Shown: piece after piece, positions 16,154 to 25,876 of the stretch
Position numbering within the stretch: the first letter of the stretch is position 1
Layout: every line of letters begins with the position of its first letter
Sequence record: NC_031010.1
Strand: one strand, 5' to 3'
Length of the DNA: 64,000 bases
The notes under the pieces: model-generated
The model's database searches: none
Told to the model about the DNA's origin: nothing
The model's input: only the letters and a program-made list of their open reading frames with translations
Translations under genes and position numbers: made by a program

Positions 16154-16173
16154 GGCAGATATTATTCCCGTGA
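16154..16173 (+). promoter_or_regulatory. putative early promoter motif (chimallin, copy 2)
   Basis: GGCAGATATTATT-CCC-GTGA. Confidence 0.6.
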
Positions 16174-16213
16174 TGCACTACATTACTCTATTAATCCTTA
16201 AGGAATATATACC

Positions 16214-18025
16214 ATGGTCAAAGAAGTTACTCCTACTCAAACTGCACAGTCTACTACTACTCAGCAGACTACTCAGACTACCCAGTCAGCTCCACTGAAC
16301 ACCGGCGCAAGCTCGCTGGACTTCGGTTCTCTGGGTGCAGCAGTTACGATGGACCAGGCCTTCGGCTGGCAGTCCGTCTCTTCCATGGCGAATGATTTCG
16401 TCACCCGTATTGCGAACCACGCCAAAGAAAATCCAAACGCTCGTCTGGACCGTTTCAAAGTTGGCATGGTCGAAGCTATCTCTCAGTCTGACTTTGCCTC
16501 CGGTGCCTACGTTGCGCTGCAGTACAAAGACCAGTGGCTGTACGGCATCATCCTGTTCGAGAAAGGCGACAGCATGCGTGTTGTGGTTAACAACAACGTT
16601 GAGTCGTACTACACCGTTGCCGGTCTGGTAAACAAAGACGTGCTGCGCAGCGTTGAAGCGGCAGCCGGTGAAAAGCATGGCATCGGTAACATGGCCTTCA
16701 TCTCCCTGAACGCTGTGCCGGATCTCGGCAAGCAGATGGACGATGCATGGGCACTGCAGCTGATGGGTCAGATGCTGACCGGTATCGCTGGTCGTATCGC
16801 CGGTGCACTGGGCGACGCTAAGCTGTCTAAATCTGACCGCTTTGCCATCAACGTGGCTGGCGTTCCATCTGGTGTTGTAGTTGATACCAATGCTCACCCA
16901 CAGCGTGCTGGTTTCGCACTGTCTGTGAACCATCAGCAGCAGACCCAGAACGAAGCAGGCCCAACCCTGCTGAGTAATGGTGGTGACCGTACACTGCCTA
17001 AGACCGTTGCAACTGGTTTCGTTAACCTGCGCTACACCGGTCTGAAGCCACAGGTTCAGGGCGTTACTGACCTGAAACAGCTGCAGGGCGAAGTGGTGGT
17101 CTCTCTGGTCGATTCTCAGATGGCCGGTTCTAAAGCACCGTACGAACGTCACCTGCTGGCACTGGCTGCCTTCGCTGACATTGCACAGATCGGTGGATGG
17201 CGCAGTGAGCTGAAGAACTCTCTGAACAACAGCGACCGTAAGTTCTCTGCGGTAGCATCGTACCTGAGCTGGGGCGGTGAGAAAGTTGATGTTAAGAAGT
17301 TGGACGGCAACCGCGATGCAATCGACATGGCACTGGATACCTTCTGCCCGGCTCAGGCTGCGCTGGTTGTATCACATCGTGCAGGTAACGGTCTGGGTGG
17401 TCTGTCAACTCTGCTGGCAGAAATCGCAGTGGGCAACGTGAACTCTCTGGCACAGCTGCTGAACATCGCAGACGCCATGTTCCCGGGCGACACCAAGTTC
17501 CGTAACATCCTGGCTACCAATCTCGGCGGCGTGACTGAAATCAAAACCAGCCACATCGTTGCAGCTGCAGTACCGACTATCGCTGGCCTGTACGTAGGTA
17601 CCGGTGAGAAGCGTTCTGCTGCTGATATGGATCTGGTATCTGTGCTGACCCACCTCGGCGACAAACAGTCTGATGCGTACCGCTACATGCATGCGCAGTC
17701 ATTCTCTAACCGTCAGATGGATCAGAAAGAACAGCGTATCTACCTGCTGAAACTGGCAGCGTCCATGTACGGCGGTCGTGAGTTCCGTCCTACTGGCGAA
17801 TCACTGGATATGGCTATCCATCCGGTGTTCGCTAAGACTGTACTGGATTGCGTACGCGGTTCTGTATCTGCATGGCAGCTGAACGGTGTCGAAGCGCACG
17901 ACGCGATGACCAACAGCCTGTTCACCAACAACGGCAACGAAACCTTCGTTCTGTCTGGCGGCGGCAGCAATGGTTCATTCAACAACTTCGACCTGAGCCT
18001 GACTACCAACTCCTTCACCCTGTAA
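16214..18025 (+). CDS. chmA: chimallin, major phage nuclear shell protein
   Basis: 603 aa, low-complexity T/Q N-terminus, highly biased codons, immediately upstream of the nvRNAP beta' N-part, the conserved chmA position; assigned by size and synteny. Confidence 0.8.
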   Translation: MVKEVTPTQTAQSTTTQQTTQTTQSAPLNTGASSLDFGSLGAAVTMDQAFGWQSVSSMANDFVTRIANHAKENPNARLDRFKVGMVEAISQSDFASGAYVALQYKDQWLYGIILFEKGDSMRVVVNNNVESYYTVAGLVNKDVLRSVEAAAGEKHGIGNMAFISLNAVPDLGKQMDDAWALQLMGQMLTGIAGRIAGALGDAKLSKSDRFAINVAGVPSGVVVDTNAHPQRAGFALSVNHQQQTQNEAGPTLLSNGGDRTLPKTVATGFVNLRYTGLKPQVQGVTDLKQLQGEVVVSLVDSQMAGSKAPYERHLLALAAFADIAQIGGWRSELKNSLNNSDRKFSAVASYLSWGGEKVDVKKLDGNRDAIDMALDTFCPAQAALVVSHRAGNGLGGLSTLLAEIAVGNVNSLAQLLNIADAMFPGDTKFRNILATNLGGVTEIKTSHIVAAAVPTIAGLYVGTGEKRSAADMDLVSVLTHLGDKQSDAYRYMHAQSFSNRQMDQKEQRIYLLKLAASMYGGREFRPTGESLDMAIHPVFAKTVLDCVRGSVSAWQLNGVEAHDAMTNSLFTNNGNETFVLSGGGSNGSFNNFDLSLTTNSFTL

Positions 18026-18052
18026 GGTGCTGTGTAGTTAAACTGTAAGAAA

Positions 18053-18091
18053 AAAAGCAGGGGTTAACGCCCCTGCTTTTCCCTCTTTTTT
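18053..18091 (+). terminator. intrinsic terminator
   Basis: AAAAGCAGGGG-TTAACG-CCCCTGCTTTT. Confidence 0.85.
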
Positions 18092-18107
18092 TGTTAGTGA
18101 GGAATCT

Positions 18108-19697
18108 GTGCATAAAACCCCTAAGTTCTACGGCATCTCGGGCCGACTGGACTGCCAAGATAATTATCTGAAGGATTTGTTCATCGAGGCTGCTGCGAAG
18201 AACATTAAACCTCCGACAGTTATCAATGATGTGGCGCGTTCTGGTGACCCGATTAAAGTCGCTGAAGAAATTGACTTGTTGGTGCAAAACCGCATACGCG
18301 ATGAGCAGCTCAACAGTGCACCGATTTGCAGCATCACCTGTGAGCGTCCGATTGCCCATCGTTATAACTTGGGTGTCGTCTGCCCAACCTGCGGGTACGC
18401 TGTAACCGAACACCGCATTGAGTCCGAAGTCTGGATTCGTGCCCCAGAAGAGATGGAGTTCTTTGTCAGTCCCCGCTTCTGGGCAATGTTCAACGCCTTC
18501 TTCGGCGGTAAGATGAAGAAGTTTGACCGTAACAAAGTCACCGTGCAACGTGGCTCGGATTTGATGATGTGGATGCTCGACCCGTATTACCGTCCAGAAG
18601 ATTCAGATTCGAAACGTATGCAGGTGGTGAAGCGGATCTTATTGGAACGCGGCTTTGAGCGTGGGATCAGAAACTTCGTTGACCGTCACCAGTCCGTATT
18701 TGCTGTTCTGACGGACCCAGAAGTCTGGAAGGAGATTTATCCGAGCAACCGTAATACGTCGGGTGCCAGTGAGATACTCCGCCAGCAATGGAAGACGTTC
18801 TTTGAAACCCAAGCACACGGCATGTTCACCCGCCATCTCCCGATTATCTCACCAAAGCTGATTGTGTCGGAAGAAGGGCGTCGTGGAATAATGATTGACC
18901 CGGTCTTTACCGGTGCAATTGATGCAGTGAAGAACATCAGCTTACTGTATACCCGCGGTAAGATGATTGAGCCTCGCTTCTTAATCAGCCGTGCGATCAA
19001 AGCCAACCAACAGCTGGCGTATTTCCACATGGACTTCCGTCGTGAAGTGCTGGAACAGAAACCCGGTTATTATCGTGGTAAGGTCAGTGCAACGCATATC
19101 CCGTTCTCGGGTCGTGCGACTATCTCACCTATCTCTGAACCGCACGATGCGTGGAAGCTCAAAGCGCCGTGGCGTTGGATGGTTGGGTTGATGTCGGTTG
19201 ACATCGAAAACAAACTGATGCGTCGTGGGTATTCACCACGGGAATGTGAACGCGTCATTGCAATGGCCTGCATGCAGTTTATGCCGGAAGTCAAAGAGAT
19301 TCTCGATGAGTTGATTCGTGAGTCACCGGGCGGCATTGGTATTCCTGTTGTGCCTCTGCGTAACCCAACGCTTGTGCAGTTGTCAGTGCAGTTGCTGTAC
19401 ATTGATGAAGTTGTAACCGATGTGAACCAGTGTTCTATCCGAATCTCCGACCGCGTTATCAAATGTGCGAACGGCGACTTCGATGGCGACCAGTTCATGG
19501 TGTACCGTCCAGTTGACAAACTCGAGATGGATCTTGCCGAAGCGTATCGTCCTGATAACGGCTTCATGTCTTCGACCAATGTGGATAAGGTAGAAGGTGG
19601 CATGATTTTACATAACGAGCTCATCAGTATGCAGAACCAGTTCCTCATTGAAGCGGATGAGGATGACGAAGTCGGTGTGGCTTTAGAAGATCTTTAG
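18108..19697 (+). CDS. non-virion RNA polymerase beta' N-terminal subunit (phiKZ gp55/56.1-like)
   Basis: Zn-ribbon CxC..CPTC, FSGRATI, LRNPTL, catalytic NGDFDGD. Confidence 0.92.
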   Translation: MHKTPKFYGISGRLDCQDNYLKDLFIEAAAKNIKPPTVINDVARSGDPIKVAEEIDLLVQNRIRDEQLNSAPICSITCERPIAHRYNLGVVCPTCGYAVTEHRIESEVWIRAPEEMEFFVSPRFWAMFNAFFGGKMKKFDRNKVTVQRGSDLMMWMLDPYYRPEDSDSKRMQVVKRILLERGFERGIRNFVDRHQSVFAVLTDPEVWKEIYPSNRNTSGASEILRQQWKTFFETQAHGMFTRHLPIISPKLIVSEEGRRGIMIDPVFTGAIDAVKNISLLYTRGKMIEPRFLISRAIKANQQLAYFHMDFRREVLEQKPGYYRGKVSATHIPFSGRATISPISEPHDAWKLKAPWRWMVGLMSVDIENKLMRRGYSPRECERVIAMACMQFMPEVKEILDELIRESPGGIGIPVVPLRNPTLVQLSVQLLYIDEVVTDVNQCSIRISDRVIKCANGDFDGDQFMVYRPVDKLEMDLAEAYRPDNGFMSSTNVDKVEGGMILHNELISMQNQFLIEADEDDEVGVALEDL

Positions 19698-19724
19698 TAA
19701 CAACTGTAAGGAGTAACCAACGAA

Positions 19725-20315
19725 ATGGGCATGTGGAATCAGGCACTGAGCCCGTGGCATCAGCAAACCGAGGGCGGAGGGTTCTTTGATATCATCAAGG
19801 ACACTTTCGACTTAAGTAAGTTATCCCCGGGGCTGTTGGAACGAGTGACAGAGCACGATAACGAATTAGTCTCACTGGACACATTCCGTAAGACGAACGC
19901 TGCAGCGCGTAAAGTGCTGTACGATGGTCTGGACGATGTCATCCGGATTCTGGACAACTTGGGCGAGTTCCAGTTTGCACCAGAATCTGTACAGGGGTAT
20001 CTGGTTGCAATGCCAGAGTACCGCAACCTGTATAACCAGAACATGGCGGCTGGCTTTGAGAATGGATTTGCGAAAGTAGACCCGTACCGTGGTAATGCGT
20101 ATATGCACACGGATACCAACTACCGAGAAATCACCAGTGACCTCCAGACCGAATACGATGAAGACCGTATTTGGCACTGGGCAGGTGACGAAGCGCGCAC
20201 CAAACGACCCACGATGGTTGAGAAGCATATCGTGGTCAACATGAACTGGGCGAAGATGCGTGACATGGATTGGGAAGATGATGACCCACTGTCACAACTT
20301 GGCGCGTCCTGCTAA
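19725..20315 (+). CDS. conserved jumbo-phage core protein (196 aa)
   Basis: AAGGAG RBS; core-block position. Confidence 0.8.
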   Translation: MGMWNQALSPWHQQTEGGGFFDIIKDTFDLSKLSPGLLERVTEHDNELVSLDTFRKTNAAARKVLYDGLDDVIRILDNLGEFQFAPESVQGYLVAMPEYRNLYNQNMAAGFENGFAKVDPYRGNAYMHTDTNYREITSDLQTEYDEDRIWHWAGDEARTKRPTMVEKHIVVNMNWAKMRDMDWEDDDPLSQLGASC

Positions 20316-20361
20316 ATAAAGAGAGGGGTTGGTCGCCCCTCTTTTTTTGCTGGAGTTTGAA

Positions 20362-20736
20362 ATGGGAAAAGCAGTTGGCACCCTATCAGTCCGCGGCTGG
20401 GCGAAAACACCTGAAGACATGATTCGTGAGCTGATGAATCATTATACTGAAGCAGGTGCAAGTCAATCGGTTATCTACCGCGGCAAAATTAAGTCGCTGG
20501 CCTACACCAAAGCAATGCTGGCACAAAGCCCGGATGCGATGGCAGAACAGGTCAAGCAAGATTTGACGGATTTGTACGGCGTGTACTTCGACAGTGTCGA
20601 GTGTAACGTGGATGTCACGTACGAACCCGATTCCGATGTTCGGTTCAATCTCAACATTCAGTTAAGCGTGGTCTATAACGGTGTGCGTATGGATGCGGTG
20701 AACTACGTTGAGACTGTTGATGGAGAAAGTGCATGA
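20362..20736 (+). CDS. conserved jumbo-phage protein (124 aa), possibly gp25-like
   Basis: GGAG RBS before ATG 20362; fold is a guess from size and pattern. Confidence 0.6.
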   Translation: MGKAVGTLSVRGWAKTPEDMIRELMNHYTEAGASQSVIYRGKIKSLAYTKAMLAQSPDAMAEQVKQDLTDLYGVYFDSVECNVDVTYEPDSDVRFNLNIQLSVVYNGVRMDAVNYVETVDGESA

Positions 20737-21392
20737 GTCACGAATACGATGCAATAAAAGATAAGCTGACCGCCGAAGGTCGCTTTCACGTTGAACGCCT
20801 GTTAGAGATGGAGGAAGAAATGGCACCTGCAATCAGTGGGGCAAGCCGTTTCCCTGAATCCCACTTCCGTCGTCAGGGCTTACCCCTGCTGGCGATGATG
20901 TTGGACGACACCTTCGATCCGCAGTTGTGGGCGCAATACGTGGGCTCGATGTTTGTGCCGTTGGAAGTGGTATCTGACAACGACTACGACGACGTGCTGT
21001 TTACGTTCCCCCCTGTGCTCTATACCGGGCCGTCACTGCGTCAGGTTGAAGGGCAGGCGTCACTCTCTGAAGAGTCGAATGAAATCTACAACCAAACCCT
21101 GATCATGTCGAGCACCGGTCACAGCATGATGGCGAGTCTTATCAAAGACACGCTGGGTGGGATTGAAGATTTGTCGTTCCGTGAAAACACGGTGCGGGCC
21201 TACAACACCATCAAGACACTGAACTTCGTGTTCGAGCGCTACGGCTTAACTGGCCGTGTTCCGATGCCGGAAGGATTGGAAGAAACAGCACTGCGCATTG
21301 CCGGTAAAGCAACACCGACAAAAGCCGCAGCCGCAGGCACAAGCGCAGGATCAGAAGGTGGGTATCATGGTGGTGGCGGAGAAGATCTTTAG
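20733..21392 (+). CDS. conserved jumbo-phage protein (219 aa)
   Basis: ATGA overlap, core block. Confidence 0.75.
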   Translation: MSHEYDAIKDKLTAEGRFHVERLLEMEEEMAPAISGASRFPESHFRRQGLPLLAMMLDDTFDPQLWAQYVGSMFVPLEVVSDNDYDDVLFTFPPVLYTGPSLRQVEGQASLSEESNEIYNQTLIMSSTGHSMMASLIKDTLGGIEDLSFRENTVRAYNTIKTLNFVFERYGLTGRVPMPEGLEETALRIAGKATPTKAAAAGTSAGSEGGYHGGGGEDL

Positions 21393-22533
21393 TTTTCGGC
21401 CAATTGCAAAGGCAGCCAGCCTGACGCGTATGTTGGTTTTCAGTGATGTGCATCTATTGCATCGCCGGGTACCGACGTGGCACATGGTGACTTACCTGCG
21501 CGATATGATTGAAGCCTGTGGTAACACAGTTGACGCCATTTATATAGCAGGGGATCTATTTGACGATTCCCGCTATCTGCGCCAATCCGATTCGCAAGAG
21601 TCCGTTGGCTTTGTGACTTGGCTGTTGTGGTGGTGCAAGTCGACCAACACCGCCCTGCGTATCCTTGAAGGCACACCTTCTCATGACCACGGTCAATCAA
21701 AAATTGTCGAAACTCTAAACCTCGCGATAGGGGCAGAGTGTCTTTATTTAGACAAAATCGGCATCTTTTACGATGAGGTGATTAACGCCACAGTTGGCTG
21801 GGTGCAAGACGAGTACAAGGCCAATGGTGCAGATAGTATAAATGCGGTTGCTACGGAACAAGAGATGGCCGAACTCATGGCCACCCGGTGTTTGGATAAG
21901 GTTGATTTCTTCTTCATGCACGGTTGTTTCAAGTTTCAACTTCCCATGATTGACTCACCAAGAAGTTTTGATGAGGCTTTCTGGCTGTCCCGTACCCGAC
22001 ATGGCATCTATATCGGCCATGACCATCGGCGTAAGACGTTGGATAAAATCACCGTTACCGGTTCTACGGACCGATTAACTGTGGGGGAAGAAGAACCCAA
22101 AGGCATGACCATCGTGGACTTTAATGACACGTTGAGTCGCAACTGGTTCTACGAGAATCCGTACGCATGTCCGCAACGCAAGGTGCGGCATAACGATGAC
22201 CAAGACGCGCACTACGAGGCGTGTATTGAAGCATTGCGGTTTATCGATGAACACCCAGCGTCACAAATCGGTTGGCTTGAGATTGAATATCAGGCCGGCT
22301 CTCCGATAGCGGGACATATCGCCCGCTGGAAGAAGCAATACTCCTTTCACATCGAGGGGAGCAAGGTTGCAACTGCCGAAGAGAAAGAGTTGCTCACGCA
22401 GGCCTTTTCAAACGAGGCAAGTGTGGTCGAAGCGATTACGCCCGAGAATACCGAGCGTATCTTGTTGGAAGAGATGGCTGGGATGAAATACAACCCCACT
22501 ATCGTTTCTGAGATAATCAGGAAGGTCTTATGA
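21367..22533 (+). CDS. SbcD/Mre11-like metallophosphoesterase nuclease
   Basis: Motifs FSDVH, AGDLFD, GTPSHD, FMHG, GHDH. Confidence 0.88.
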   Translation: MVVAEKIFSFRPIAKAASLTRMLVFSDVHLLHRRVPTWHMVTYLRDMIEACGNTVDAIYIAGDLFDDSRYLRQSDSQESVGFVTWLLWWCKSTNTALRILEGTPSHDHGQSKIVETLNLAIGAECLYLDKIGIFYDEVINATVGWVQDEYKANGADSINAVATEQEMAELMATRCLDKVDFFFMHGCFKFQLPMIDSPRSFDEAFWLSRTRHGIYIGHDHRRKTLDKITVTGSTDRLTVGEEEPKGMTIVDFNDTLSRNWFYENPYACPQRKVRHNDDQDAHYEACIEALRFIDEHPASQIGWLEIEYQAGSPIAGHIARWKKQYSFHIEGSKVATAEEKELLTQAFSNEASVVEAITPENTERILLEEMAGMKYNPTIVSEIIRKVL

Positions 22534-23348
22534 CACCCATTAGCACTGACCGTGTTTTTGGGCATTATCCTGTCTCTATCGCCAGTTCGCTGGCGATCGA
22601 AGGTTTAACACACACTGGTGAATTTGCCAGTTGGGGGCCAAAGCCTCCGATTCATGACTATCAGGTATTGTACCTGAACCTCCGGACTCTGTTCCGTAAC
22701 GCTTTCTACGCGTTTGAAGATAATCGTGAAAGATTGACACCCGACGTTATACTGACATCGATTGAAGAAGATATTAAAAATATTCTGGCTGCGGCATCGT
22801 CCGCGGCCCCTTCGATGTTATGTGTCCCGTACCTGTGTCAGTACAATTCAGTGAACAAAACGTTCCCTGAAGCGGCGTTTCGCAATGCGAATACCCCGTC
22901 ACAGATTTTCTACAATTCGCTGGAGCAAGACGTTTACAAACAGGTCGTGGGGCAACAGTTGTGGGGTGTTGAATTGTTCGACTGTGCGCCGAAGGGCGAA
23001 CATGACACGGTACTGCTCACCCATATGCCGTCGGACTTATTAGCCCGATCGGAGTTCCCGAAACTCGCCCTGATTGAATCCCATACAGGCAAACTGAAAA
23101 CCCATCTGGAATGGTACACCAAGGTAAACGGCAAGTCCGCTCAGATTCCGTTTAACAAGGCATTCCTGACGTTGTTCGGTGACGGGGTAATGTTCCATCC
23201 GCTTGACAGGAAGGTTCGTAGTGTGGTGACAAAGACAGCGGAGAAATACCACTGGACTCAAACCACGACCATGGACCGCATTAACAATTGCCTGAGACTG
23301 GTGAACGAGCCGCACGTGGTGGATTACCTGCGCAAACTCGCTCGCTAG
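22530..23348 (+). CDS. conserved core protein, possibly PIN/5'-nuclease-like
   Basis: YLNLRTLFRN, LLTHMPSDL and LFGD segments; function uncertain. Confidence 0.55.
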   Translation: MTPISTDRVFGHYPVSIASSLAIEGLTHTGEFASWGPKPPIHDYQVLYLNLRTLFRNAFYAFEDNRERLTPDVILTSIEEDIKNILAAASSAAPSMLCVPYLCQYNSVNKTFPEAAFRNANTPSQIFYNSLEQDVYKQVVGQQLWGVELFDCAPKGEHDTVLLTHMPSDLLARSEFPKLALIESHTGKLKTHLEWYTKVNGKSAQIPFNKAFLTLFGDGVMFHPLDRKVRSVVTKTAEKYHWTQTTTMDRINNCLRLVNEPHVVDYLRKLAR

Positions 23349-23411
23349 TTTTTTACATTACCGGGTCTTAATTTGAAGGTAAGACCTAGAGTATTTACGA
23401 AGGATAAAATA

Positions 23412-24116
23412 ATGAACGCACAAATCTTTAACGAACGCACGCTCTTTCCCCTGTCAGAGCCGGATAATCAGGGCAAGCAACGCAAGTTTAACATTGAGCC
23501 GAACGTCTTCAATGGTGACTGCGAAGGCTTGAAGTTTTCTTACAGCTGGGGCAAAGGCGAAGGCGTGTACTTCGATGCGCCGTATGGCACCTGCCGTCAG
23601 ATTATCGAAGCGTTCCATGACGCACTGAAAAAGCCTGAGAAGTCTACCCTCTCGTTTGAGAACGGTCGTGGTAACAAAGCTCCGAGCGTTGTGCACGTGG
23701 GTCGCGGTGAAGATCTGGTTCCGTTTATGGCACTGTCCGGCGAAGTCAACGGCCAGAAGCGCACCAAGAAGTTCTTCTTCTACCCGGCGAAAGGTTTCCG
23801 TATCCTGCGTGACGGTCAGCCACTGAGCGATCTGGAAATCCGTGAGCGTTGTGCCCGTTCGTTCATCACTGATTTCGAACTGTTCCTGCAACACCTGATT
23901 GAAGTCTATAAACCGCGTGATTTCAATAACGCCGGTGGCTTCGGTAAAGGTGGTGGCGGTGGTTATCAGCGTGGCGGTCAGTCACAGGGTAACGGCAATC
24001 AGGGCGGTGGCTACCAGAACAACCAAGGTGGTGGCCAGCAAGGCGGTTATCAGAACAACAATAACAACAATCGTCAGGCACCGCCTGACCAGTCGTTTGA
24101 CGACATTATGCTTTAA
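23412..24116 (+). CDS. chmC: ChmC-like nucleus-associated nucleic-acid-binding protein (phiKZ gp67 position)
   Basis: Folded N-domain plus G/Q/N-rich disordered tail; directly upstream of the nvRNAP specificity subunit; assigned by synteny and composition. Confidence 0.65.
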   Translation: MNAQIFNERTLFPLSEPDNQGKQRKFNIEPNVFNGDCEGLKFSYSWGKGEGVYFDAPYGTCRQIIEAFHDALKKPEKSTLSFENGRGNKAPSVVHVGRGEDLVPFMALSGEVNGQKRTKKFFFYPAKGFRILRDGQPLSDLEIRERCARSFITDFELFLQHLIEVYKPRDFNNAGGFGKGGGGGYQRGGQSQGNGNQGGGYQNNQGGGQQGGYQNNNNNNRQAPPDQSFDDIML

Positions 24117-24125
24117 TAAAGCGAT

Positions 24126-24153
24126 GGGTGTGACCTACGGGTCACACCCCTTT
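24126..24153 (+). terminator. hairpin terminator
   Basis: GGGTGTGACC-TACG-GGTCACACCC-CTTT. Confidence 0.75.
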
Positions 24154-24201
24154 AGCAGTTATGTGTACTGCTAGCATTTAGACCCACTCGATAAGATCTG
24201 A

Positions 24202-24221
24202 AATAGATATTATCATCGTGA
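24202..24221 (+). promoter_or_regulatory. putative early promoter motif
   Basis: AATAGATATTATC-ATC-GTGA. Confidence 0.7.
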
Positions 24222-24248
24222 ACAATCAACTGGTATCGGAGTTTTCGC

Positions 24249-25862
24249 ATGAAAATCAAAAAGGTCAAAGACGAGATTACGATTTCGCGTAATGGTCAGA
24301 CCCTCACGTTCGACGGCCTGCCCGCCATTAACCGCAAGCGTAATACGATCCAGACCGATTTGAGTCGCGATGATTTATTGTTCCTCGAACTCGAACGTTA
24401 CTGGAGTACGCTGCCGGCAAAAAGTCTCGATGAGCTGTGGGAAGCTTACGAGATGGTTCAGGACTTAACTGCGGTCGATTCTTCTGTATTAGAAGAGCAT
24501 CTGCCAAAGGTCATCCGTGTGATTGACCGCTTGCACCCGCCTGAGGTGTTCAAGCAGTTGTACCCCATGAATAAGGTGTGGATTCCTGAGAAGCTCCAAG
24601 AGAACTTTGACGGCCTCCCGCCAAACTACCCGGAGGCGATGACCTATATCCGTCCGGAGTATTACGAACTGCTGATTGAGACCTTGGCCATCAAACCGTT
24701 CCTGCCGGTGTTTAACCTGCTGGGTGCGTATATCGGCGGTAAAGGCCTCTCTCAGGACACCAAGCGTAAAGTGGTGCTGAGTATGGTTCGTTGCTTCAGC
24801 GTCATCTCTGACACCGCTGTGGCGCGCTCTCCGGCCATTGATAAGCTGCGGGTGTTCCTGAACTGTCTGGTTGAGAAGTTCCAGCGGGAATCGAACAAAG
24901 GGATGGGTGGTACCAGCCTGTCGGTACTGGCGTCGGTTCGGGGTTACGGTTCGGATATGTTAGAAGAGTATCTTCTGGCGTACACCGTGGTCTACGTACT
25001 GGGGCTGCATCCAGTGGGGGCAGACTTCGCCACCGCGGATCTCAACGACAACAACACCATCTCGCAAATCTTCTACGCGATTCGCAGTGAAGTAGACGGT
25101 GGCTTTGCCTCTAAGATTTCTGGACAGTCGGTTATCTTAAAGCAGCACCCAAGCAACACGGTGTTTAATGGTGAGAAGGGTAAGACGAACGCCATTGACT
25201 TGGTGCAGGCACGTAGCCCCGCACCGGTGAAGGAGTTTGTCCGAACGGCGGTTGGGTTCAAAGATTACCGGCGCTTTATCAAGACATTGAACATCGACAT
25301 CGCACCGGCTACGGTGAAGACGTTGATTGATTCGATTCTGGTGAACCACACCGGACCTATCTACGAACTGCACGAGTGGTTAGTGGCAGCAGCCCTGCAT
25401 TCGAAAGCACATCGTCAGACGTACAAAGATATCGAAGTCGAATTCAAATACGGCATGGGTATCGCACAAGCCGTGTATCTGCATTACGGCATGTACGAAG
25501 TGGCGGCCTTGCTTAGCTGTCAGATGTTACCGGGCAATGTCTCGGGTCATCCCATCTACGCAATCGAGCCTGACATCAAAATTAAGATGGATAGATATTA
25601 TCCTCATGACTATCGCACAGTTAAAGGCGGTGGCAGCAATGAAAGTCCGGCACGTGAATCGTTGCGTCTTCTGTTAGACCAGCATATCGCGCCGTACTAT
25701 TTCAACTTCAACTGTACCGAAGAGGCCAGGGTACATTTGAAAAGCGACTCCACGACGGTGGAACGCATGCGGCTGGGTGGACGCATCCAAACGCAACTGG
25801 CCGAATTCTTGACCATCCAAGCCCGACGTAAGCTGGATGAAGTCGCATTCTTTGTATCGTAA
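24249..25862 (+). CDS. nvRNAP promoter-specificity subunit (phiKZ gp68-like)
   Basis: 537 aa at the conserved position between chmC-like and picA-like genes; no motif independently verified. Confidence 0.65.
   Translation: MKIKKVKDEITISRNGQTLTFDGLPAINRKRNTIQTDLSRDDLLFLELERYWSTLPAKSLDELWEAYEMVQDLTAVDSSVLEEHLPKVIRVIDRLHPPEVFKQLYPMNKVWIPEKLQENFDGLPPNYPEAMTYIRPEYYELLIETLAIKPFLPVFNLLGAYIGGKGLSQDTKRKVVLSMVRCFSVISDTAVARSPAIDKLRVFLNCLVEKFQRESNKGMGGTSLSVLASVRGYGSDMLEEYLLAYTVVYVLGLHPVGADFATADLNDNNTISQIFYAIRSEVDGGFASKISGQSVILKQHPSNTVFNGEKGKTNAIDLVQARSPAPVKEFVRTAVGFKDYRRFIKTLNIDIAPATVKTLIDSILVNHTGPIYELHEWLVAAALHSKAHRQTYKDIEVEFKYGMGIAQAVYLHYGMYEVAALLSCQMLPGNVSGHPIYAIEPDIKIKMDRYYPHDYRTVKGGGSNESPARESLRLLLDQHIAPYYFNFNCTEEARVHLKSDSTTVERMRLGGRIQTQLAEFLTIQARRKLDEVAFFVS
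25590..25609 (+). promoter_or_regulatory. intragenic copy of the promoter motif upstream of picA
   Basis: GATAGATATTATCCTCATGA, identical to 29292-29311. Confidence 0.6.
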
Positions 25863-25876
25863 GGAGTAATTAATAA

